The notes under the pieces were generated by a model. The model was not told where the DNA came from. It searched no databases and saw nothing but the letters and a program-made list of their open reading frames with translations. This document shows positions 17,230 to 25,100 of a DNA stretch of 25,100 bases, one piece after another. The stretch is from Deltaproteobacteria bacterium TL4 (GTDB taxonomy: Bacteria; SAR324; NAC60-12). A program made the translations under genes and the position numbers. The stretch covers positions 1 to 25,100 of the forward strand of contig JBBCAX010000093.1 of the NCBI GenBank assembly GCA_051382335.1. Reading direction: 5' to 3'. Position 1 is the first letter of the stretch. The number at the start of each line of letters is the position of its first letter.

Positions 17230-18078
17230 ATGGAAGCAAAAGTCGAAGAAAGACAAAAAATATCACGACGGGGATTTCTCGTGACTACGGCAGCAGTAGG
17301 GGCTGCGGCTACGGTGGTTTCGCCTCGTTCATTGTTAGCGGAAACAGAACATCCTTCGCTAGAGGCCGCTAGAAAAAACAGTAACGTTCGTTGGGGCTTT
17401 GTTGTGGATTTGAGGCGCTGTGTGGGGTGTAAAGCCTGTTCCGTTGCCTGCAAGCAGGAAAATAACGTCCGTCTGGGGGTTTTTCGTTCCGAGGTTCGGG
17501 AACATGTCTCAGGAAACTACCCCAGTACAAAAAGAAATTTTGTTCCCTGGCTTTGCAATCATTGTGAAAATCCAGCTTGTCTTGAGAATTGCCCTGTTGA
17601 CCCTGTGGCTGCCGCTTATAAGTTTCCCAATGGAAAAATGGTAGAATATCAGAAGAAAGCTACATACAAAAGACCGGATGGCATTGTTTTGATCGATCAG
17701 GACCGTTGTGTCGGATGTGGAAATTGTGTGGATGATTGTCCGTATGGAGCACGGTATTTAGACCCAGTCAAACCCTCAGGAGGAGATCCCGATGATAACG
17801 CCGCGGATAAGTGTGATCTCTGTGTTCACCGGTTGGAAAAAGGAATCGTTCCCTCATGCGTCAACACTTGTGGAGCTGAAGCCCGCATTGTTGGTGATTT
17901 GAATGATCCGAACAGCGAGATTTCTAAAGTCATTGCCTCCAATAAGGATCAAATACGGGTTCTGTTGCCAGAGAAAAAAACATTGCCCCAAGTTTATTAC
18001 ATCGGGTTGAATGTTGAGGCTTATCGTTTGGGGATGGATGTCAAACTGGAAGCTGAAAAAGCTCAACAGGCATCATGA
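17230..18078 (+). CDS. Four-cluster [4Fe-4S] electron-transfer subunit (TtrB/PsrB/ArrB/DmsB family) with its own Tat signal
   Basis: AGGAG RBS; SRRGFL twin-arginine motif; Cys groups CVGCKACSVAC, CNHCENPAC..CP, CVGCGNCVDDCP and CDLC..CVNTC. Confidence 0.93.
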   Translation: MEAKVEERQKISRRGFLVTTAAVGAAATVVSPRSLLAETEHPSLEAARKNSNVRWGFVVDLRRCVGCKACSVACKQENNVRLGVFRSEVREHVSGNYPSTKRNFVPWLCNHCENPACLENCPVDPVAAAYKFPNGKMVEYQKKATYKRPDGIVLIDQDRCVGCGNCVDDCPYGARYLDPVKPSGGDPDDNAADKCDLCVHRLEKGIVPSCVNTCGAEARIVGDLNDPNSEISKVIASNKDQIRVLLPEKKTLPQVYYIGLNVEAYRLGMDVKLEAEKAQQAS

Positions 18079-18143
18079 ACGTGTAATAGAACAATTGATG
18101 GTACCCTTATTTGATGATAACATTTTTGTAAGCAGAGGCTAAC

Positions 18144-20699
18144 ATGACCCAACAAACTGAAATAAATCGAAGAAAATTTGTTAAATTAAGCGCCTTGGCA
18201 GGCGGTTTGGCCGCTAGCGGTATTTTGGCTAGCTGTACCAAAAAAGGAGACATTTCTCCTGCCCCTTCAAAAGTAGAATCGGCATCCGCCCTTTCCGACG
18301 GATCTTTGGCTGGGAAATTAGTGATGGGGGGAAAAGATATATCACCCACCACACAAAAAGAAAGAAAAGCCATTCCGACCGCCTGCTGGCAATGTGTGGC
18401 TCGTGATGCCGCCATTGGCTATGTGGAAGACGGTCGGATCGTTAAACTGGAAGGAAACCCTGAATCGCTTCGAACCAACGGAAAACTCTGTGCCAGAGGC
18501 CAGGGTGGTATTGGTCAGGTTTATAATCCAGACCGCCTGCTCTATCCTATGAAACATGTGGGATCAGAACGAGGCGACGGCCAATGGAAACGGATTAGCT
18601 GGGATGAGGCTTATGAGATCATGGTCTCCAAGCTCAAACCATTGATGGATAGTGGCCATCCGGAAAAAATTATGTTCCATTATGGCCGCATGAAAGGCAG
18701 CAGCAGCCCGATCATCAATGATTTCTTTTTTAAGACAACCGTAGGCACAAAAACGATTGAGGGACATACCTCCATTTGTGAAGGCGGGAAATGGACCGCG
18801 CAGGAATTAACCTGGGGGAATCATTATGACATCAATGATGTCGCCCATACCAATTTTATTTTGAATTTCGGCTGCAATTTTTTTGAGACGCATACCAGTC
18901 ACATCCCCTTTTCGCAACGTGTCGTCAAAGCCCAGACCCGTGGGGTCAAGATCGTGACCTTTGATGTCAGGCTGTCCAATACTGCCGCCCGTTCCGATGA
19001 ATGGATTCCAGTAAAACCGGGGACGGATGGGGCCGTGGTGTTGGCCATGTGTCATGTGATTATGAAAAATAATCTCCATGACGCTGACTACATTGAAAAA
19101 TGGACCAACGCTACAGTGGATGAGTTGAAAACCCATTTGGCGCAATATACACCAGAATGGGCTGAGGGCATCAGTGGAGTATCTGCCTCGAAAATTAAAG
19201 CACTGGCCCTTGAATTCGCTAAAGCCAAACCCGCGACGGTGGTTTCTTATCGGGGGGTTGCCGCTCATTATAACGTCGTCCAGTCTGAACGAGCGATGTT
19301 TCTTTTGGAGGCTATCTGCGGTTACTTGAATCGTAAGGGCGGACGGAATAAAGCCGTCGGTGGTAAATGGAAAAATTCCTATAAGCCCGTTGATGGGGTT
19401 AAAGGCCTGAAAGTCAACAAAGGAGACGGCTTGGCCTATCCTACTCATGGTGTCTGTCAACAAGTGTTGCCCTTGATTAAGGATGGGAAATTTGGACGTC
19501 CTGACGTTTATATCACGTATTGCTATAATCCAACGTATGTCAATGGGGATTGCGGAGGTAATATCGCGATTATGAAAGACAAGAGTTTGATTCCGTTTAT
19601 TATTGCCAGTGATGTTTCCTATGGAGAAGGAACCTCGTTGGCCGATTTGATTTTGCCGGACGCGACCTATCTGGAACGCTGGAATTGGGATGATATGGTT
19701 TCCTACGATCAGGTTCCTGAATTTTATATCCGCCAGGCATTGATTAAGCCCTTGGGAGAAGCCGTCGATTTTTCCAATGTGGGGATTGAACTGGCAAAAC
19801 GTTTGGGTAAACCGCTGCCGTTTTCCAGTGCGGAAGAGTTTGTCAAAAATGCCTGTGAAAACACCCCTGAAATAAAAGCGGTGGGAGGTTTTGAATACAT
19901 GGTTCAGCATGGCGCATGGCATGATAAAAACGCCAAGCCGAAGTACAGTTCCCATGAAAAAGTTATTTCAGGAGATGCCCTGAAGGATGTCAAATACACA
20001 CCCGCAGGACGAAAAGGGGAACAAGTGGTTTATACTGGCGATATATATGATGATAAACATTACGTCGGCGTAAAAGTCGGAGATGTGGTCTATGAAGGAT
20101 TCAAACCCGACAAAATCGCCAGGAAAACAGGGCTGTTGAGTCTATATTCCGATGAGTTGAAAGACAAAGGATTTGACCCGCTTCCTTCCTGGATGCCTAT
20201 TCCTGATCACCAGGATATTCAAGAAAATGAACTCGTCATGACGACTTACAAAGTAAGAGTACAAACCCATTCTCGTACTCAGAACTGTAAGCTATTGAGT
20301 GAATTGTATCATGACAATCCGGTCTGGATTAACACGCAAACCGCTAACAGACTGGGAATCCAAAATGGAGGAAAGGTCAAGCTGACCTCCAAGGTTCTTG
20401 GAGTTTCCAAGGAATATGACGTCAGGGTCACCGAAGAAGTTGTGCCGGGAGTCGTCGCTATTTCCCATCACTGCGGTCATTGGCAGCATGGTGAATATGC
20501 CTCCGGAAAATCGGCAGCGTATCGGGACAACGTGAACACCCCCTCAGAAGGATGGAACGATGTGAAGGATGTGGACCTTAAACTGAAATGGTGGAAAAAA
20601 AACGGAGAGCATCCCAACTGGCTGATGCCCAATGACTCTGATCCTATCGCCGGACAAATGAGGTTTATGGATCATGTGGTTCAGGTTATGCCGCTCTAG
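18144..20699 (+). CDS. Mo/W-bisPGD (DMSO reductase family) catalytic subunit, ArrA/ArxA/TtrA/PsrA-like branch, substrate unknown
   Basis: NRRKFV Tat motif plus LASC lipobox; CWQCVARD-X27-C; LCARG; YNPDRLLYP; WKRISWDEA; HTSIC (probable Mo-ligand Cys212); PGTDGA; ADLILPDATYLER; THSRT. Confidence 0.92.
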   Translation: MTQQTEINRRKFVKLSALAGGLAASGILASCTKKGDISPAPSKVESASALSDGSLAGKLVMGGKDISPTTQKERKAIPTACWQCVARDAAIGYVEDGRIVKLEGNPESLRTNGKLCARGQGGIGQVYNPDRLLYPMKHVGSERGDGQWKRISWDEAYEIMVSKLKPLMDSGHPEKIMFHYGRMKGSSSPIINDFFFKTTVGTKTIEGHTSICEGGKWTAQELTWGNHYDINDVAHTNFILNFGCNFFETHTSHIPFSQRVVKAQTRGVKIVTFDVRLSNTAARSDEWIPVKPGTDGAVVLAMCHVIMKNNLHDADYIEKWTNATVDELKTHLAQYTPEWAEGISGVSASKIKALALEFAKAKPATVVSYRGVAAHYNVVQSERAMFLLEAICGYLNRKGGRNKAVGGKWKNSYKPVDGVKGLKVNKGDGLAYPTHGVCQQVLPLIKDGKFGRPDVYITYCYNPTYVNGDCGGNIAIMKDKSLIPFIIASDVSYGEGTSLADLILPDATYLERWNWDDMVSYDQVPEFYIRQALIKPLGEAVDFSNVGIELAKRLGKPLPFSSAEEFVKNACENTPEIKAVGGFEYMVQHGAWHDKNAKPKYSSHEKVISGDALKDVKYTPAGRKGEQVVYTGDIYDDKHYVGVKVGDVVYEGFKPDKIARKTGLLSLYSDELKDKGFDPLPSWMPIPDHQDIQENELVMTTYKVRVQTHSRTQNCKLLSELYHDNPVWINTQTANRLGIQNGGKVKLTSKVLGVSKEYDVRVTEEVVPGVVAISHHCGHWQHGEYASGKSAAYRDNVNTPSEGWNDVKDVDLKLKWWKKNGEHPNWLMPNDSDPIAGQMRFMDHVVQVMPL

Positions 20700-20736
20700 T
20701 TTTTAGGTTTCGATTTAAATCGAAATGTTTTCCACA

Positions 20737-20762
20737 AGGGTGGTTTAGGCCACCCTCTTTTT
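20737..20762 (+). terminator. Rho-independent terminator/attenuator after the catalytic subunit gene
   Basis: Stem AGGGTGGT/GCCACCCT with TTAG loop, followed by CTTTTT. Confidence 0.7.
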
Positions 20763-20794
20763 ATAGCTGTCTTTCAACTTCAGCATGAGTTGAT

Positions 20795-21436
20795 TTGACC
20801 GAAACGAGCTTTATGGATAAACCACTTACCCCACTGGAACGATCAAAAATTTACTATTGGTTGTCAAGAGTCTTTCGCTCGGAAATCTCTCTTGATTTTC
20901 TGGATACGATTCTGGACAACAAAGCTCTGCTTCAGAACGTAGGTTTTGAATTGGACGAAGTTTTTTTTTCTACGGAAAAAGAGTCTCTTCTGGAACAACT
21001 GGCGATCGAATATACCCGTTTATTTCTTGGGCCTGGAAGTCATATCTCTTTGGTGGAATCCGTTCATAGACCAGAATGTGGTACTTTTTGGGGTGAATCA
21101 ACTTCGGAGGTGGTAAAATTTTTTTCCCATTATGGACTTTCTCCCGCAGCGGACAATCGTGAATTTCCTGATCATCTGTCTCTTTGCCTGGAGTTTATGG
21201 GCAAGTTGACCGAATTTGAACAAACCGCAAGCGACGAAAAAAGGCAACCTGAAGCCAATCAGTGTCTCGCCGCGCAAAAACTCTTCTTTACCCAACATAT
21301 CCATAATTGGGTTCCCCATCTTTGTGAGTTGATCATAACAAAAGCGGCACTCTCTTTTTATCGGGAATCCTCCAGGATGACCCAACAATTCATCCAGAGT
21401 GAAGCGGAATTTTTTAACACCATACAATATCCCTGA
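20795..21436 (+). CDS. TorD/DmsD family maturation chaperone
   Basis: EYTRLFLGP, ESVH, EFPDHLSLCLEFM and FFTQHIHNW motifs. Alternative start at ATG 20813. Confidence 0.92.
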   Translation: MTETSFMDKPLTPLERSKIYYWLSRVFRSEISLDFLDTILDNKALLQNVGFELDEVFFSTEKESLLEQLAIEYTRLFLGPGSHISLVESVHRPECGTFWGESTSEVVKFFSHYGLSPAADNREFPDHLSLCLEFMGKLTEFEQTASDEKRQPEANQCLAAQKLFFTQHIHNWVPHLCELIITKAALSFYRESSRMTQQFIQSEAEFFNTIQYP

Positions 21437-21493
21437 ATTCGACTTTATTTTTAGGGGATTAATCCTATATTTTCGCATCCATGGAGTCAACAC

Positions 21494-21739
21494 ATGCAGA
21501 TCACCCTCGTCGCCTATGCCGTTTTGAGTGATATGATTTCAGATATTCCTTTTGTCCTTGAAGTGAGTGAAGGCACCACTGCGGAACAATTGATGCGTTT
21601 GCTTGCGGAGAAATATCCTCAGGCCGACAAAATTATTCCCTATACTCGTTTAGGCTGTAGAGACGATTATGTTGACAAAACCACTAAACTGGTTTCCCAG
21701 CAGGAATATAGCTTGATACCGCCGATCAGTGGCGGATAA
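21494..21739 (+). CDS. moaD: Molybdopterin synthase sulfur carrier subunit
   Basis: 81 aa ubiquitin-like protein ending IPPISGG; GGAG RBS; adjacent to moaA and moaE. Confidence 0.88.
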   Translation: MQITLVAYAVLSDMISDIPFVLEVSEGTTAEQLMRLLAEKYPQADKIIPYTRLGCRDDYVDKTTKLVSQQEYSLIPPISGG

Positions 21740-21760
21740 ACAGAATTTAATTTTTTTTAA

Positions 21761-21924
21761 TATTTTCCGATTCACCTTTCCTAAGGAAACAGGGAAGAAA
21801 ATGACTGGCGAGATTTACTAAGTTTCAGCAGACTAACTCGCCCAAGTCGTCCATGACTAAGGAATGGTGAACGATAGGGTTGTCGGGAAAACCTGGCAGC
21901 CTCCCGTGTTTGGAAAGGAGAATA
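21761..21924 (+). promoter_or_regulatory. Moco/Tuco-class riboswitch (MOCO RNA motif)
   Basis: P1 TATTTTCC/GGAGAATA covers the moaA RBS; CCTAAG receptor-like motif; AGGGTTGTC-GGGAAAACCT-GGCAGCCT P4; hallmark 3' GCCTCCCGTGTTTGGAAAGGAG directly upstream of moaA. Confidence 0.85.
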
Positions 21925-21928
21925 CGTA

Positions 21929-22891
21929 ATGTTGGATAGTTATGGCAGGACCATAAATAAGCTACGTCTTTCAGTTGGTAGTGTCTGTAACTTAGGTTGC
22001 ATCTACTGTGTTGATCGTGCTCAAGATCATTGCCCATCATCATCACCACTTTCTTCCGAGCAGCTTTTAAAGCTGGTCGGTTTGCTCAAAGACAGTGTTG
22101 GTATTGAAAAAATCAGACTGACTGGCGGAGAACCGCTGCTTTTTAAACCGCTTCCCCACTTGATTGAAGGGTTATCTACCTTAGGGCTTTCTTCCATCGG
22201 ATTGACTACCAATGGTGTTTTGCTGGCCAACCAGGCCGCTCGTTTGAAAGCGGCAGGACTCCAGAAAATCAATATCAGTCTGGACTCGGTGGACTCCAGC
22301 CATTTCAAGACTATTACCCGCGGGGGACGTCTCTCGAAAACGCTCCAGGGCATTGAGTCTGCCGTTCGGGAGAACCTTCAGATAAAAATCAACACCGTGG
22401 TGATTCGAGGAATCAACGAGAGCGAAATTCTCGATATTTTGGATTTTGGATTAAGCCGGGGAATTGAAGTACGTTTTTTGGAATTGATGAAGATGGGGCC
22501 GTTATACTGCCAGTCCCCCTCATCGTTTTCTTCCCATTTCGTTTCCATGCGGGAAATCCTGGAAAGCATCCGTCAAAAATATTCCTTCAAACGCCTTCAG
22601 GAAGAAGAAAACGATGCAACCGCCATTCGGTTTCGTTTGCCCGGAGGCACCTTTGGGATAATCGCCAATGAAAGCGCGCCGTTTTGCCGAACGTGTTCCC
22701 GGTTGCGGTTATCCGTCAATGGGGAACTATTCGGTTGTCTAAGTCATCCCCAGCCGATTTCCATCAGGCATGTGCTGGAACATCCCCATCCGGAACAGGA
22801 ATTACACCAACTCGTGGAGCAAGCTGTACGGCAAAAACGAACTGACTTTTTCTCGGGTTCTCCCTTGAAAATGTCCTATGTTGGCGGCTAA
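21929..22891 (+). CDS. moaA: GTP 3',8-cyclase
   Basis: DSYGR..LRLSV; CNLGCIYC; RLTGGEP; TTNG; NISLDS; RFLELM; FCRTCSRLRL..C; C-terminal MSYVGG. Confidence 0.95.
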   Translation: MLDSYGRTINKLRLSVGSVCNLGCIYCVDRAQDHCPSSSPLSSEQLLKLVGLLKDSVGIEKIRLTGGEPLLFKPLPHLIEGLSTLGLSSIGLTTNGVLLANQAARLKAAGLQKINISLDSVDSSHFKTITRGGRLSKTLQGIESAVRENLQIKINTVVIRGINESEILDILDFGLSRGIEVRFLELMKMGPLYCQSPSSFSSHFVSMREILESIRQKYSFKRLQEEENDATAIRFRLPGGTFGIIANESAPFCRTCSRLRLSVNGELFGCLSHPQPISIRHVLEHPHPEQELHQLVEQAVRQKRTDFFSGSPLKMSYVGG

Positions 22892-22959
22892 AGTCTAAGA
22901 ACAGAAGTCATTTTTCAGAACTCATTACTGACGAAAATCTTAAAGAAGGGAGGAATTCA

Positions 22960-23397
22960 ATGTCATTCCTTACGCATAAAACCATTGCCATTGAGGAATT
23001 ATTGCACCGGGCGCACCATCCTGAAGCCGGGGCGGTAATCCTCTTTTGCGGGGATGTCCGCAATCATAATCAGGGAAAATCCGTTATTCATTTGGAATAT
23101 CAGGCCCATGTCTCTATGGCTGACGAGCAAATCCGGAAAATCGTTGAAGAAGCGCGGCAGCAATGGCCGTTGCATTACGTGGAAGTAATCCATCGCCTGG
23201 GAATCATCGCAATCCAGGAGTGTTCCGTCGCGATTGTGGTATCGGCCTCTCATCGTTCTGAGGCTTATGAAGCCAACCGGTTTATTATTGACACACTGAA
23301 ACATTCCGTTCCGATCTGGAAAAAAGAATACTATCAGGATGGCACCTCGGAGTGGAGTCAGGGCTGTGAAGCCTGTGCGCTTCATCAGGAAAAATGA
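22960..23397 (+). CDS. moaE: Molybdopterin synthase catalytic subunit
   Basis: GAVILFCGDVR, LEYQA, HRLG, HRSEAY and LKHSVPIWKKE motifs; GGAGG RBS. Confidence 0.95.
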   Translation: MSFLTHKTIAIEELLHRAHHPEAGAVILFCGDVRNHNQGKSVIHLEYQAHVSMADEQIRKIVEEARQQWPLHYVEVIHRLGIIAIQECSVAIVVSASHRSEAYEANRFIIDTLKHSVPIWKKEYYQDGTSEWSQGCEACALHQEK

Positions 23398-23416
23398 TTT
23401 AAAAACAGGAGTTGTC

Positions 23417-24607
23417 ATGAAATGTATTCTGCCTCACGGCATCCGTTTTAATCGCAATGAATTCGCCGGAGCCTTCGGTGATATCGGCACCGATTTGCCC
23501 TTAATCACCATGATCCTGTTGGTGTCAGGAATTGATACGGCCAGTGTCCTGATCCTGTTTGGACTGATGCAGGTATTCTCTGCTCTGGTCTATGGCATCC
23601 CAATGCCGGTACAGCCGCTTAAAGCCGTGGCCGCCATTGTGATTGCCGAAAAATTAACCGGCCCTGTGATTTACGGGGCAGGCTTGAGCATTGGGCTGCT
23701 TATGCTGCTGCTGACCGTCACCGGAGGAATTACCTGGTTGGCGAGGGTCATTCCCAAAGCGGTGATCCGGGGTATTCAGTTTGGCTTGGGCATTAAATTG
23801 GCGCTGCTAGCCTTGGGGAATTACGTTCAATCCGAAGGCCTCTGGGGATGGTCCTTGGCCGGTATTGCCTTTGTATTCAGCATCCTGCTGCTGGGAAATC
23901 GCAAATATCCACCTGCTCTGTTGTTGATTGGTCTTGGCGTGATTTACGCTATGGTGTTTAAACTGGATCTGATCACGCTTCCTCAGAAGGTGGGATTTGC
24001 CTGGCCCCAATGGTATTTCCCTGAATGGAAGGACTTGATACAAGGTTTTTTCCTTCTGGCAATCCCACAAATCCCATTATCCTTGGGAAACTCCATTTTC
24101 GCCACACAGCAAATTGCCAAGGACTTGTTTCCTGAAAAGCAAATTACGGTTAAAAAAATCGGTTTCACCTATTCGCTGATGAATTTGATTGTGCCGTTTT
24201 TGAGCGGCATCCCTGTCTGTCACGGTTCCGGAGGCATGGCGGGGCATTATATGTTCGGAGGCAGAACCGGAGGATCTGTGATAATTTACGGAGGACTATA
24301 CCTCGGATTGGGACTGCTGTTCAGTCAACACTTTGCGGACATCGTCCAAGTGTTTCCCCTACCAATTTTAGGCGTGATTTTATTTTTCGAGGGATTATTA
24401 TTGATGCGATTCATTGCGGATCTTATGAGAAGCAAAACTGATCTCTCTATCGCTTTGCTGGTGGGTGTCATTGCCGTGGGATTGCCCTACGGCTTTCTCA
24501 TCGCGATGTTGGTTGGCACGTTTCTTCATTATGCCTCGCTCAAATTTTCTCTGGGCTTTCATTCCTGTTTTGAAACCGACACACTGCCGCCTCCTGATAC
24601 CCCATAA
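23417..24607 (+). CDS. Putative molybdate/sulfate transporter (MOT1 family)
   Basis: NEFAGAFGDIGT, PMPVQPLKA, IRGIQFGLG, PQIPLSLGNS and PVCHGSGGMAGHYMFGGRTG motifs. Start placed at ATG 23417 after AGGAG. Confidence 0.9.
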   Translation: MKCILPHGIRFNRNEFAGAFGDIGTDLPLITMILLVSGIDTASVLILFGLMQVFSALVYGIPMPVQPLKAVAAIVIAEKLTGPVIYGAGLSIGLLMLLLTVTGGITWLARVIPKAVIRGIQFGLGIKLALLALGNYVQSEGLWGWSLAGIAFVFSILLLGNRKYPPALLLIGLGVIYAMVFKLDLITLPQKVGFAWPQWYFPEWKDLIQGFFLLAIPQIPLSLGNSIFATQQIAKDLFPEKQITVKKIGFTYSLMNLIVPFLSGIPVCHGSGGMAGHYMFGGRTGGSVIIYGGLYLGLGLLFSQHFADIVQVFPLPILGVILFFEGLLLMRFIADLMRSKTDLSIALLVGVIAVGLPYGFLIAMLVGTFLHYASLKFSLGFHSCFETDTLPPPDTP

Positions 24608-25100
24608 GGTTCCCATCAATAACGCCACACACGCTTCCACCACGGCCAGTCCCCCTTCAATACCGCCTTTGACTTTGTACTGAATGCCTTGTTCAACGCG
24701 ATAAAAACGCTCAATGCCCTTTTTGAAGGGAATTCCGGATACCGTTCTTTTGGGCTTAGAAAGTGTTTGTATGGATATGAGCGCCCGTTATTTTCCCGCC
24801 TTAAAAGAGAGGATCAATGATGATGATTTTTTTAATAAAGTAGTAACCATTGAGGTTTTTCAGAAATTATAATTTTTGCTTGTCACCGGCTCCTTGTTTG
24901 TGCTATAGATAGTCAGAAAATAAATGTCGTACTTGAATTTTTTTCGGTGTAAAAAATGACCCCCTGAAAAGGCCGTGAGAGCGTTTTTCATACAACATGA
25001 ATGTCATTGATCGTAAAAATTTCAGCCCCCCTACAGGCTCTGTTAAAGAGTCCTGAGAGGATGTCCTCTAAAATTTTAGTCCTACTTTTCCTATTTGTCA

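Noticed and set aside
18807..19955. 382-aa minus-strand ORF
   Set aside because: It is entirely antisense to the molybdoenzyme gene and has no recognisable motifs; a shadow ORF.
18144..20699. Assigning arrA, arxA, ttrA or anrA as a gene symbol
   Set aside because: The ArrA and ArxA signature motifs do not match, TtrA is normally longer and accompanied by ttrC, and I cannot verify AnrA identity without an alignment.
25034..25055. Hairpin CAGGCTCT-GTTAA-AGAGTCCTG near the window end
   Set aside because: It has no U-tract or partner within the window and cannot be interpreted without downstream sequence.

Overview
Low-GC Gram-negative bacterial chromosome segment with no rRNA, tRNA or CRISPR. 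The left part holds two coupled PvdE/SyrD/YojI-type cyclic-peptide ABC exporters, a tricorn-type S41 protease, murJ, and an rtcR that lacks its usual rtcBA partners. rtcR is flanked by several miniature inverted-repeat/REP-like elements. The right part (11.6-24.6 kb) is a self-contained molybdoenzyme island. A leftward three-component sensor (PhnD/AioX-like binding protein, histidine kinase, sigma54 activator) diverges from an IHF/sigma54-type promoter and a highly structured leader. These precede a porin-like gene, a Tat 4x[4Fe-4S] subunit, a Tat-lipoprotein DMSO-reductase-family catalytic subunit, a TorD chaperone, moaD, a Moco-class riboswitch, moaA, moaE and a MOT1-type molybdate transporter. 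The catalytic subunit has an unusual CX2CX3D FeS motif and active-site motifs that do not match the ArrA or ArxA signatures, and no quinol-oxidising subunit is present in the window. The island is the best candidate for an undescribed oxyanion (As/Sb/Se/S) respiration system; its substrate cannot be determined from sequence alone.
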